A DNA stretch of 64,000 bases, from positions 3,732-67,731 of the forward strand of contig JABTUJ010000042.1 in the NCBI GenBank assembly GCA_015075445.1, written 5' to 3'. Below are positions 27,861-37,020 of the stretch, piece after piece. Within the stretch, counting starts at the first letter, position 1, and the number at the start of each line of letters is the position of its first letter. The DNA is from Verrucomicrobiales bacterium (GTDB lineage Bacteria > Verrucomicrobiota > Verrucomicrobiia > Limisphaerales > J093). Under the pieces are notes generated by a model. That model was given only the letters and a program-made list of their open reading frames with translations, was not told the DNA's origin and made no database searches. The position numbers and the translations under genes are program-made.

Positions 27861-28466
27861 AGACGGCCCCCACTTGCTGCAGCGCCGCCCGCGACTGCAC
27901 GGGGTCTTCGTGCACCACGCCCTGCCAGCCGCGGCGCCAGCTAACCTCGACGTTCGCCGCCGGTCGTCGGTGGAACAGGTCCGCGCCGCGCCAGCCGCTG
28001 GAGTCGGCTCCGCCAGCTCGACCATCGGCGGCGCCGGCTTCATCGAGTGCACCTCGTAGGAAAGGATGTAGCCATCGAATGCGGCGAAGAACGGAAACTG
28101 TGCCCGGACGAACTCGACCGCCATCTCGTTCGTGTTCGAGAACAGGTAGGTCGACAGGCCACGCGCCCGCAGCTCCGCGTGCAGCGCCACCATCGGCTCG
28201 ATCGGGGTGAAGATGTCGCCAAACACGCTCCGGAACTCGGCCAGCGTGCCGTCGTAGCCGGTTACCGCCTGGAGGCGTTCGAAGAACTCGGCGGTGGTTC
28301 GCTGTCCGCTTTCATATTCAAGCAGCAACGGCTCGAGCGTGAGCAGCCGCCGCAGGTCATCGAAACCCACGCGGCAGCGCGGCAGGAGGCGCCGCAGCGC
28401 GATCCCGTAATCGAAATCCAGGAGCACCTTGCCCAGGTCAAAGATGATCGCCTTGGGAACAGACAT
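27859..28466 (-). CDS. HAD-superfamily hydrolase, frame changes in the last ~200 nt
   Basis: MSVPKAIIFDLGKVLLDFDY (DxD motif)...YLFSNTNE...ILSYEVHSMKP. The C-terminus is recoverable in other frames: STDDR / AANVEVSWRRGWQGVVHEDPVQSRAALQQVGAV, with the stop at 27859-27861. The listed ORF instead runs into the satellite. Confidence 0.7.
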
Positions 28467-28491
28467 GAACGTGGGAATCTTCGGGACGATG

Positions 28492-29094
28492 TCAGCTTGC
28501 CGGCTGTCGGCCTTCAAGGGCCCGGCTGAGCGTCAGTTCATCGGCAAACTCGAGCCCGCTGCCCGCTGGCAGACCGTGCGCCAGGCGCGTCACCTTCAGC
28601 GCCCGCGTTCCCAGGCGTTCGGCGAGATAATGACAGGTGGAATCGCCCTCGACGTCCGTCGGCAGCGCCAGGATGACCTCGCGGATCGGCTCGCGCCCCA
28701 GCCGGACCTCCAGCTCGGCAATCCGCAGGTCTTCGGGCTCGACGCCGTTGAGCGGCGACAGCCGGCCGCCCAGGACGTGGTACCGACCCCGGTAACTGCC
28801 GGCCTTTTCCACAAGAAGCACGTCCACGGCGCGCTCCACGACACAGACCAGCGACGCGTCCCGGCGCTCATCGGCGCACAGCGGGCAGGGCTGGGTCTCC
28901 GTCAAGGCGCCACAAACCGAGCAGGACTGCACCCGCTCGCGCGCGGTCAGCAACGCGGCGGACAACTTGCGCACCTCCTCCGGGTTGGCCTGGACCAGAT
29001 GCAGCGCCAGGCGCTCGGCGGTACGGGGGCCAATGCCCGGCAGCTTGCCCAAGGCCGCCACCAGTTCCGTGACAGCCGGCGGCAACGTCGTCAT
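28492..29094 (-). CDS. recR: Recombination protein RecR
   Basis: LPGIGPRTAERLALHL, zinc finger CSVCGALTETQPCPLC, and Toprim VCVVERAVDVLLVEK. Confidence 0.9.
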   Translation of the reverse strand: MTTLPPAVTELVAALGKLPGIGPRTAERLALHLVQANPEEVRKLSAALLTARERVQSCSVCGALTETQPCPLCADERRDASLVCVVERAVDVLLVEKAGSYRGRYHVLGGRLSPLNGVEPEDLRIAELEVRLGREPIREVILALPTDVEGDSTCHYLAERLGTRALKVTRLAHGLPAGSGLEFADELTLSRALEGRQPAS

Positions 29095-29099
29095 GGTCC

Positions 29100-29411
29100 C
29101 TACATGATGCCCGGCATGCCCAGGCCACCCGTCAGTTTCCCCATCTCGGCCGTCGAGACCTCGCGGGCCTTGGCGAGGGCGCTGTTGACCGCCACCAGCA
29201 CGAGATCCTCGAGCATCGCGGCGTCGCTCGGGTTGATGGCCTGCGGGTTGATCGTGATGGCGGCGAGGGTGCCGTCGCACTTGGCGACGGCTTTGACCAT
29301 GCCGCCGCCGCTGGTGGCGTCCACGGTCTGCTGGGCCAACTGCGCCTGTACCTGTTCCATCTGCTGCTGCATGCGCGCAGCCTGCTTCATGAGTTTGCCG
29401 ATGCTCGACAT
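29100..29411 (-). CDS. ybaB: YbaB/EbfC nucleoid-associated protein
   Basis: MSSIGKLMKQAARMQQQMEQVQAQLAQQTVDATSGGGMVKAV...GLGMPGIM. Sits in the conserved dnaX-ybaB-recR order. Confidence 0.9.
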   Translation of the reverse strand: MSSIGKLMKQAARMQQQMEQVQAQLAQQTVDATSGGGMVKAVAKCDGTLAAITINPQAINPSDAAMLEDLVLVAVNSALAKAREVSTAEMGKLTGGLGMPGIM

Positions 29412-29421
29412 GGCCGGGAGA

Positions 29422-31317
29422 CTACGACCCTCCGCTGGCGGGGGCAACCACTTGCACGATCCGTCCCCGAAACGCGGCCAGGGCCGCGGCGATTTCCGGG
29501 TCATCCTTGAAGCTGGCCGGGTCGAGCTTGGTCAACCGGGCCGGCGTGGCCTTGGCGGGCCCCGCTGGCGCGGCCGACGCACTGGCAGCATCCGCCGGGA
29601 CCTTGGCGGGTGGCGGCGACCCCGCCGCGGCGTCCGAGGAAGCGGTTGCTGACGTGGGAGCCGCCGGAGCACTGACCGCGGCCGGAGCCGCGGCCGGGGG
29701 CGTATCGGTGGCCGCCGGAGGGTCGCGCTTCACGAACTTCACCTGGGGATCCGTGATGCCGGCCTGTTTCATCACTTCGACGATGAGGGCGCGGTTGCGC
29801 GCGTTGTCCACCAGGGAGAGTGGCGTCTCGGAGGCCCGCGGGAAACCGATGGTCAACAGGCTGCGCTCGAGCGAAACCGGAAAGGCCTTGCGCAGGTAGT
29901 TTCGCAGGAATGGACTGGCCGCCACCCCTTCGACCAGAGCCGACCAAAGCGCTGTGAGCTCGGAGGGCACGACCGGTGGCGCTGCACCCTCCCCGCAAGA
30001 GTCGAGGTCACGAGACTCCACCTTCCCACCCGCCCCACCTCCCCCGTAGGAGTCGAGGTCACGAGACTCCACCGCGCCACCAACCCTCCCCGGAGGAACC
30101 GCCCCGGCGGCTCGACCGTGTCCAGCACTACCGGCAGCGGTTTCAGCCACGGTTTCCACCCCCGGCGCGGGACCGGCTTCGTCACGGAGCGCCTTCAGCC
30201 GTGTCAGCACCGCGTCAAGACTGACCGCCTGGCGCATCTGAAGGGCGCGCAACAGAGCGACCTCGAGCGCGATCTTCTTCGAGACGGCATCGCGCCAGCC
30301 CGACTCGGTCTCGGTGAGCACCTCCATGATGCGGGTGACAGCGTCGGTCGGAAGCAGACCGGCCTGCTGTGCCAACGCCTCGGCCTCGGCCTCGGAAACC
30401 TCGATCAATTGGCGGTCCCCGCGCGTCACCTGCCAGATCAGCAGGTTGCGGAAATGGTTCAGGAGATCGGACAAAAGGCGGCCGAGGTCCTTGCCGTTGC
30501 GGGCCAGTTCATCGAGTTCGGCCAGGACCCGCTCGGGCACGCCGGCGAGCAGGGCGTCGGCCAGGGCGAGGATCTGGGCGCGGGCGGCCAACCCGAACAT
30601 CGAGAGCACATCGGCCTCGGTGATCTCGCGGCCACAGAAGCTGATCAGTTGGTCGAGCGTCGATTCGGCGTCGCGCATCCCGCCGTCGGCGCCACGGGCG
30701 ATGGCGTGGAGGGCGGCGTCGTCCACGGTCACGCCCTCCTGTTGGGCGATGCCGGTGAGGTGCTGGACGATCAGCGCGGCCGGGATGCGGCGGAGATCGA
30801 AGCGCTGACAGCGGGAGAGGATGGTGGGCAGGACCTTCTCGGGGTCGGTGGTGGCGAACATGAACTTCACGTGCGCCGGCGGTTCCTCGAGGGTCTTGAG
30901 CAGCGCGTTGAACGCCGCCGCCGTCAACATGTGCACCTCGTCGATGATGTAGATCTTGAACCGGGAAGAGGCGGGTGCGAACCGGCACGTCTCGCGCAGT
31001 TCGCGGACCTGCTCGACACCGTTGTTGCTGGCCCCGTCGATCTCGAGCACATCCAGCGACCGGCCCTCGGCGATCTCGACACAGCGCGGGTCAGCGACGT
31101 CGAAGTCGGCCTGGGGCCCGCCGGTGCAGTTCAGGGCCTTGGCGAAGATGCGCGCGATGGTGGTCTTGCCGGTGCCCCGCGGCCCACAGAACAGGTAGGC
31201 GTGGGCGATGCGGTTCTGGTCGATGGCATTGGCCAGCGTGCGGGTCACATGCTCCTGACCCACCACCTCCGCGAAGCGTTGCGGGCGATACTTGCGCGCG
31301 ATGACCTGGTAGCTCAT
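29422..31317 (-). CDS. dnaX: DNA polymerase III subunit gamma/tau
   Basis: MSYQVIARKYRPQRFAEVVGQEHV...FCGPRGTGKTT...KIYIIDEVHMLT...SRCQRFDL. ATG at 31317. The 1131-aa ORF in the track is an artefactual upstream extension. Confidence 0.9.
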   Translation of the reverse strand: MSYQVIARKYRPQRFAEVVGQEHVTRTLANAIDQNRIAHAYLFCGPRGTGKTTIARIFAKALNCTGGPQADFDVADPRCVEIAEGRSLDVLEIDGASNNGVEQVRELRETCRFAPASSRFKIYIIDEVHMLTAAAFNALLKTLEEPPAHVKFMFATTDPEKVLPTILSRCQRFDLRRIPAALIVQHLTGIAQQEGVTVDDAALHAIARGADGGMRDAESTLDQLISFCGREITEADVLSMFGLAARAQILALADALLAGVPERVLAELDELARNGKDLGRLLSDLLNHFRNLLIWQVTRGDRQLIEVSEAEAEALAQQAGLLPTDAVTRIMEVLTETESGWRDAVSKKIALEVALLRALQMRQAVSLDAVLTRLKALRDEAGPAPGVETVAETAAGSAGHGRAAGAVPPGRVGGAVESRDLDSYGGGGAGGKVESRDLDSCGEGAAPPVVPSELTALWSALVEGVAASPFLRNYLRKAFPVSLERSLLTIGFPRASETPLSLVDNARNRALIVEVMKQAGITDPQVKFVKRDPPAATDTPPAAAPAAVSAPAAPTSATASSDAAAGSPPPAKVPADAASASAAPAGPAKATPARLTKLDPASFKDDPEIAAALAAFRGRIVQVVAPASGGS

Positions 31318-31327
31318 GCCCGGGAAA

Positions 31328-31428
31328 GGAAAGCCAGGGTGACCGCGGCAGATGAGGAGCAAACTACCGTTGCTGCCTTCCGGCCCTGGCGGGGTTCGTA
31401 AGTCCGCATTCCGCGGGCCCTGGCAAAA
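31328..31428 (-). ncRNA. ffs: Signal recognition particle RNA (4.5S-type), boundaries approximate
   Basis: The minus strand reads GCCAGGGCCCGCGG...CCAGGGCCGGAAGGCAGCAACGGUAG...CAUCUGCCGCGGUCACCCUGGC. The conserved AGGxCCGGAAGGxAGCA domain IV motif is present, the ends GCCAGGG/CCCUGGC and CCGCGG/CCGCGG pair, and it sits in the classical position upstream of dnaX. Confidence 0.7.
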
Positions 31429-31530
31429 ATTGCGGTCGGCATTTAGACCCAGGCCCCGGTGGCCAGCAAGGAGATTCGCCCCCCGGCTTTGCGCTTCCTT
31501 CCCCCCTCCCCTTCCGGCACCCTCCCCGCC

Positions 31531-33163
31531 GTGTCGGGAATCGTCGCCATCGTCGGCCGGCCTAACGTCGGCAAGTCCGCCCTGTTCAATCGCCTCGTCG
31601 GGCGGCGCATCGCCATTGTGCACGACCTCCCCGGCGTGACCCGCGACCGCATCAGCGCCGAGGCGGAATGGCGGGGTCGGCCGTTCAGCGTCCTGGACAC
31701 CGGCGGCATCGGCCTGCTCCGGGGGGAGCGCGAGGAAGACGTCATCCTGCGCGCCGCGTTGGACCAGGTCCAACTGGCCATCGAGTCCGCGGACGTGCTC
31801 GTGCTCGTGGTCAACGTCCAGGAAGGCGTGGTCCCCCTCGACCGCGAGGTCGCCCAACGGCTTCGCTGCGCCGGCAAACCGGTCCTCGTAGCCGTCAACA
31901 AGGCCGACAACGCCCGAGCCGAGGAGGGCCTGACCGAGTTCGCCGAACTGGGCTTCGAAAAGCTCCTCCCCGTCTCCGCCATCCACGGCCGCGGCATGTC
32001 CGACCTCCTGGACGCCGTGCTCGCCCATCTGCCGCCCATACCGCCGGGTGGTGCAGGCGTCCCGCCTGCTTCCAAGGGATCCATGCCCCCTGGGCATGAC
32101 CGTGAAGACGACCGCCCTTCCGCGGATCCTGCCCAGACCACCCCGAACGAAGGGCCCCCCGACGAAACCCCGGACGCCGCGTCCGCCCTCGACGCCCCCG
32201 GCCCGCGCGGTCCTCTGAAGCTCGCCGTGGTCGGCCGTCCCAACGTCGGCAAATCCTCCCTCATCAACGCCCTCATCCACGCCGAGCGCGTCATCGTCAG
32301 CCCCGTCCCCGGCACCACCCGCGACTCCGTGGACGTGCCCTTCACGGTCGCCACCGACGGCCGGATCGAGCCCTACGTCCTCATCGACACCGCCGGCATG
32401 CGCAAGGCCCGGCGCGTCAACGACTCGATCGAGTTCTTCAGCGTCAAGCGGGCCGAAGACTCCATCGCCCGCTGCGACATCGTCCTGTTCATCCTCGACG
32501 CCGAAAGCGGCATCCTCGAGCAGGACAAGAAGATCGCGGACAAGATCGTGGCGGCCCGCAAGGGCTGCCTGGTCATTCTCAACAAGTGGGATCTGTTCGC
32601 CGACGCCGTCCGCACCGCGCGCCCGGCCGAGGTCAAGCGCCCGCGCGGGCGGGGACGCCACGGTGCCGCTGCCCCCATGACCACCCTGGCGGAATTCGGC
32701 CGCTGGGTGCAGGAGAAGCTCTTTTTCCTCGATTACGCCCCCGTCATCTTCACGTCGGCCACCGCCGGCACGAACCTCGATCGCCTGCTCGAAGCCGTCC
32801 GCTACGTCGCGGCGCAACTGCAGCAGACCATCCCCACCGCCGTGCTCAGCGGACGCTGCGCGACGCGTAGGCGCCGCACCAGCCGGTCAGCTCGAGCGGC
32901 AAGCGGCTCAAGTTTTTCCGCCACCCAGACCCGCCGCGCCGCCCACGTTCCCTGCTGTTCGTGAACGACCGGCGCTGTTTCCGACACCTACGCCAAGTAC
33001 CTCAGCGACCAACCGCCCAGGCGTTTGGCTTTGAGGGGGCTGCCCCTCGTCTAACCCCCGCGGTCGTCCCCAGGACGAATCGCCCCGCGCGAAAGTGGGG
33101 CGCCGTCCGCGATCCTCGGCCCGGCCCCGGCCCTCCCCGAAGCGCCGACCCCGAGCGGCCTGA
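31531..33163 (+). CDS. der: Ribosome-associated GTPase Der/EngA; 3' ~320 nt carries many frame changes and one in-frame TAG
   Basis: Two G domains (IVAIVGRPNVGKSALFN, LKLAVVGRPNVGKSSLIN, NKAD, NKWD). The C-terminal KH-like domain is readable only by switching frames (see finding). Inferred stop at 33161-33163. Confidence 0.8.
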
Positions 33164-33172
33164 CCCTTTCCC

Positions 33173-33969
33173 ATGCGCACGCCTCCCGACTACCACCTCC
33201 ACACCCCGCTCTGCCGGCACGCCACCAGCACGCCCACCGAATACGCCGCCCGCGCCGTCGCCCTCGGCTTCGACGAGATCGGTTTCTCCGACCACAACCC
33301 CATGGCGCGCGACGACTTTGACGACTGGCGGATGCGGCTGGATCAACTCGACCACTACGTCGAACTCGTCGCCCAGGCCGCAGAACACCCCACCCTCCGG
33401 ATCAAGCTCGCCCTCGAGGTCGACTACACTCCCCGGCTGCGAGTTGGATCCGCGACCTCGCCGCCCGCCATCCCTGGGATTACTTCATCGGCTCGGTTCA
33501 CTATGTCTCCGACGACTGGGACATCGACAACCCCAAGAAGCTGGCCGAGTGGCGGAACCGTGATGCCTTCGAAGTCTGGCGGCTCTACCTGGAACGACTC
33601 ACCCAGGCGGCGGCCTCCGGGCTCTTCGAGATCATCGGCCACGCGGACCTGGCCAAGAAATTCCGGTTCTATCCGCAGCAGGATGTGCAGCCCCTGTTCC
33701 GGCGGTTCCTCGAAGCCGCCCGAAAAAGCGGCACAGCCATCGAGCTCAACACCGCCGGTCTGCGCAAGGATTGCCGCGAGATCTACCCGGCCCGGCCCAT
33801 CCTGGCGCTCGCCTCGGAACTGGGCGTGCCGATCACGTTCGGTTCGGACGCCCATGCCCCGGAGGAACTGGGCGCGGACTTCGAGACCGCCCGGGCCCTG
33901 GCCCGCAGCGTCGGGTATGGTCATTGCCTGCGCTTTACCCGGCGCGAGCGTGAACTGCAGGTGTTTTGA
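33173..33969 (+). CDS. PHP-family histidinol-phosphatase-like protein, two frame changes at about 33431-33445
   Basis: MRTPPDYHLHTPLCRHA...GFSDHNP...LALEVDYT (frame 2), PGCE (frame 0), WIRDLAARHPWDYFIGSVHYVSDDWDIDNP...IIGHADL...ITFGSDAHAPEEL...ELQVF (frame 1, includes ORF 33685..33969). Confidence 0.75.
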
Positions 33970-34613
33970 ACACGGCCGCCCTCCGTGCCGGGAGCGACAC
34001 CTCACTCCTTGAGGACTTCGCCGGCCCCGGTCTCAACCCTCGGCTCCGCTGGCATGCCGAGCCGGGCCGCTGGCGAATCGACGCGGCCGCCCGTTGCCTC
34101 CGTGTGCAGCCGGACGCGGGCACCGATTTCTGGCAGCGCACGCACTACGGATTCGAAGCCGACAACGGCCACTTCCTCCACCTCGAAGCCACCGGTGACT
34201 TCGTCCTCACGACCCGGGTCACCTCCCACCCGGTGCACCAGTACGACCAGGCGGGCCTCATGGTCAGGATCTCGCCGGCCTGCTGGCTGAAAGCCTCCGT
34301 CGAGTTCGAACGGGGCCCGAATCGCCTCGGCGCCGTCGTCACCAACGCCCAGTACTCGGATTGGTCCACACAGCCGCTGGCCCGCGAGCTCAACACCGTG
34401 TGGTTCCGGATTCGCGCCGAAGCCGCGGATTGCCTCGTCGAAACCGCGCTCGACGGCGAACACTGGGAACAGATCCGCGTGACTCGACTCCTCGACCAAC
34501 CTGCACCCGCGCGCGTGCAGTACAGTCTCTACGCCTGCAGCCCGAAAGGTGCTGGTTTCGAAGCGGCTTTCTCCTTCTTGCACTTCCACCCCGGCCGACT
34601 GGCCTCCGCCTGA
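33966..34613 (+). CDS. DUF1349-family (concanavalin A-like) protein
   Basis: LRWHAEPGRWRID...GTDFWQRTHYGFEADNGHFL...YDQAGLMVRISPACWLKASVEFE. The TTG start at 33966 overlaps the upstream stop, and the start is uncertain. Confidence 0.7.
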   Translation: MNTAALRAGSDTSLLEDFAGPGLNPRLRWHAEPGRWRIDAAARCLRVQPDAGTDFWQRTHYGFEADNGHFLHLEATGDFVLTTRVTSHPVHQYDQAGLMVRISPACWLKASVEFERGPNRLGAVVTNAQYSDWSTQPLARELNTVWFRIRAEAADCLVETALDGEHWEQIRVTRLLDQPAPARVQYSLYACSPKGAGFEAAFSFLHFHPGRLASA

Positions 34614-34640
34614 CCACCCCGCCGCCCGCGTCCTCCCGCC

Positions 34641-34743
34641 AAAGCGGTGCTGGAAGCCGCCGCACACCAAACGCTGCCGCGCAGTCCCCACGGTTCGGCG
34701 GGCGCGAAGCGTTTGGAGTGCGGCGGCTTCCAGCGACGCTTTG
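34641..34743. repeat. Long REP-like hairpin (35-nt arms, 32/35 complementary)
   Basis: aaagcggtgctggaagccgccgcacaccaaacgct - 32 nt - agcgtttggagtgcggcggcttccagcgacgcttt. Confidence 0.85.
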
Positions 34744-34947
34744 CGTAGGTCGGTGCCGTGGAGCGGACCGGGCGCAGGCGAAATGGGAATGCCGAAGGGA
34801 GAATGAAGACTGCAGGAGGGGCATCCATCCAGCTCGGTACATGACCCCTGAGCACCTCCAAGCAGACCCCATCACTTCCCCAATCCCCTCTGTTCGGTAC
34901 CAAAACCGACATTGCGTCGGCGGCCGGCCGAGGCAGACTCCCGGCCC

Positions 34948-36999
34948 ATGCAACTCCCTCGCTTTCGACGACCTCTCCTCCGGTTCCTCCTGTCCGTCAG
35001 TCTGAGCCTGGTGGCGGCGCAAACCTGGGCCGGCGACGCCCCCTCCAGCGAGCCCCACCGGCTCAAACGCTCCGACGCCTTTCTCGGCATCCACTTCGAC
35101 TTCCACGCGGGCCCCGACTGCACCGAGGTGGGCAGGAACACCACGCGCGCCATGATCGAGGCGATCCTCGACCAAGTGAAGCCGGACTATCTGCAGATCG
35201 ACTGCAAAGGCCACCCCGGGTTCTCCAGTTACCCCACTAAGGTAGGCCATCCGGCGCCCGGCTTCGTGGGAGATCCCCTCCGGCTTTGGCGCCAAGTCAC
35301 CGCCGAACGCGGCGTCGCCCTCTACCTCCATTACTCGGGCGTGTGGGATGGCGAAGCCGTGCGGCGGCATCCCGACTGGGCCGTGGTCAAGGCGGACGGA
35401 CAACGGGACGACCGCATGACCTCCGTGTTCGGACCCTACGTCGATCAACTCCTGATCCCCCAACTGCGCGAACTGGCCGGGGACTACCGCGCGGACGGCG
35501 TCTGGGTCGATGGCGAGTGCTGGGCCACCGTGCCGGACTACGGGGCCGCCGCCACCGCCGCCTTCCGGGCCGCCACGGGCATCGACGTGATTCCCAAGAA
35601 GCCCGGCGAAGCGCACTGGATCGAGTGGATGGACTTCCATCGCGAGGCCTTCCGCAAGTACCTGCGCCATTACCTCGCGGCGTTGAAGGAGTCGCATCCG
35701 GACTTCGAGGTGGCCAGCAACTGGGCCTTCAGCGATCACATGCCCGAGCCGGTCAGCGCCGACGTGGCGTTTCTCTCGGGCGATTTCTCGCCGCAAAACA
35801 GCCTCAACTCGGCCCGCTTCTCGGCGCGTTGCCTGCAGAACCAGGGAAAACCCTGGGACCTCATGTCGTGGTCCTTCAGCGCGCCCCAGGGCCACCCGGT
35901 GCGACCGCTCAAGTCCGTCAAGCAACTCGAACAGGAAGCCGCCATCGTGCTGGCCCAGGGCGGCGGTTACCAGGCGTACTTCCGGCAGAAGCGGGACGGC
36001 TCGATCTATGACTGGCACATGAAACTCATGGCCGAAGTGGCCCAATTCTGCCGCGAACGCCAGGCGCTCTGTCATCGGGCCGAGGCCCTGCCGCAGGTGG
36101 CGCTGCTCTACTCGCGGGCGGCCCACTACCGGCAGAGTCCGGCGTTGTTTGCGCCGTGGGGCAGCGACGGCATCCACGCCCTGCGCGGGGTCCTGCAGGC
36201 CCTGCTCGAGTCGCAGAACTCGGTGCAGATCGTGAGCGAACACCATTTGACCGGCCGCATGGCGGACTGGCCGTTGATCGTCCTGCCGGAGTGGAGCTAC
36301 CTCGAACCGGCGTTCCGCGACGAGCTCGCGGCCTACGCCCGCAACGGCGGAGGCCTGCTCCTGGTGGGACCGAAAGCCGGCGCCTTGTTCGCCCGGGAAC
36401 TCGGCGTCGAATTGGACGGTGAAACGGCGACCGCGGCGCGCTACCTCGAACACGACGGCTGGCTGGCCGGGCTCAACACGCCCGTGCAACGCGTTCGCCT
36501 GGGCGGCAGCGCCCAGCCCTTCGGCAAACTGCATCACCAGGACGACCCGCGGAGCGCCTTCGACGTGGCCGCGTCGATCGCCCCGCTTGGCCGAGGCAAG
36601 ATCGCGGCGATCTGGTTCAACTTCGGCGACCGCTACCTAAACGCGCGTGTCCCCACGGCCCGGCATTTCCTCGAAGCCCTGGTCCGCCAGCTCTTCCCAC
36701 ACCCGATCGTGGAGGTGACCGGTTCCAGCTCCATCGACGTCTCGGTGGCGCGCAACCACGGAAGGCTGCTCGTCCATTTCGTCAACACGGCCGGTCCCCA
36801 CGAACAGGAGAAGCAGTACGTGTTCGACGACTTCCCCGCCGCCGGCCCGCTGCAGGTGGCGGTGCGCATCCCGGCCAAGCCCGAATCCGTGTACCTCGAG
36901 CCGGGCCATCGCCGGCAGCGGTTTGGCTACCGCGACGGCCAAGTTCTCGTGACGCTGCCACCGGTCGAAATCCACGACGTCCTGGTCATCACCCCCTAA
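34948..36999 (+). CDS. Putative glycoside hydrolase (GHL6-like TIM barrel plus GH42M-like middle domain)
   Basis: Signal peptide, then LGIHFDFHAG...VKPDYLQIDCKGHPGFSSYPTKVG...GVWVDGECW. A later stretch, VALLYS...YDWPLIVLPEWSYLEP...NGGGLLLVG, resembles the GH42 trimerisation-type domain. Confidence 0.55.
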   Translation: MQLPRFRRPLLRFLLSVSLSLVAAQTWAGDAPSSEPHRLKRSDAFLGIHFDFHAGPDCTEVGRNTTRAMIEAILDQVKPDYLQIDCKGHPGFSSYPTKVGHPAPGFVGDPLRLWRQVTAERGVALYLHYSGVWDGEAVRRHPDWAVVKADGQRDDRMTSVFGPYVDQLLIPQLRELAGDYRADGVWVDGECWATVPDYGAAATAAFRAATGIDVIPKKPGEAHWIEWMDFHREAFRKYLRHYLAALKESHPDFEVASNWAFSDHMPEPVSADVAFLSGDFSPQNSLNSARFSARCLQNQGKPWDLMSWSFSAPQGHPVRPLKSVKQLEQEAAIVLAQGGGYQAYFRQKRDGSIYDWHMKLMAEVAQFCRERQALCHRAEALPQVALLYSRAAHYRQSPALFAPWGSDGIHALRGVLQALLESQNSVQIVSEHHLTGRMADWPLIVLPEWSYLEPAFRDELAAYARNGGGLLLVGPKAGALFARELGVELDGETATAARYLEHDGWLAGLNTPVQRVRLGGSAQPFGKLHHQDDPRSAFDVAASIAPLGRGKIAAIWFNFGDRYLNARVPTARHFLEALVRQLFPHPIVEVTGSSSIDVSVARNHGRLLVHFVNTAGPHEQEKQYVFDDFPAAGPLQVAVRIPAKPESVYLEPGHRRQRFGYRDGQVLVTLPPVEIHDVLVITP

Positions 37000-37020
37000 C
37001 CCGGGTACTCCCCAGGCACT

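Noticed and set aside
29422-32817. 1131-aa ORF suggesting a giant DnaX fusion
   Set aside because: Everything upstream of MSYQVIARKYRP (ATG 31317) is antisense to der and runs through the SRP RNA. It has the Gly/Arg/Asp/Val-rich composition typical of high-GC shadow ORFs.
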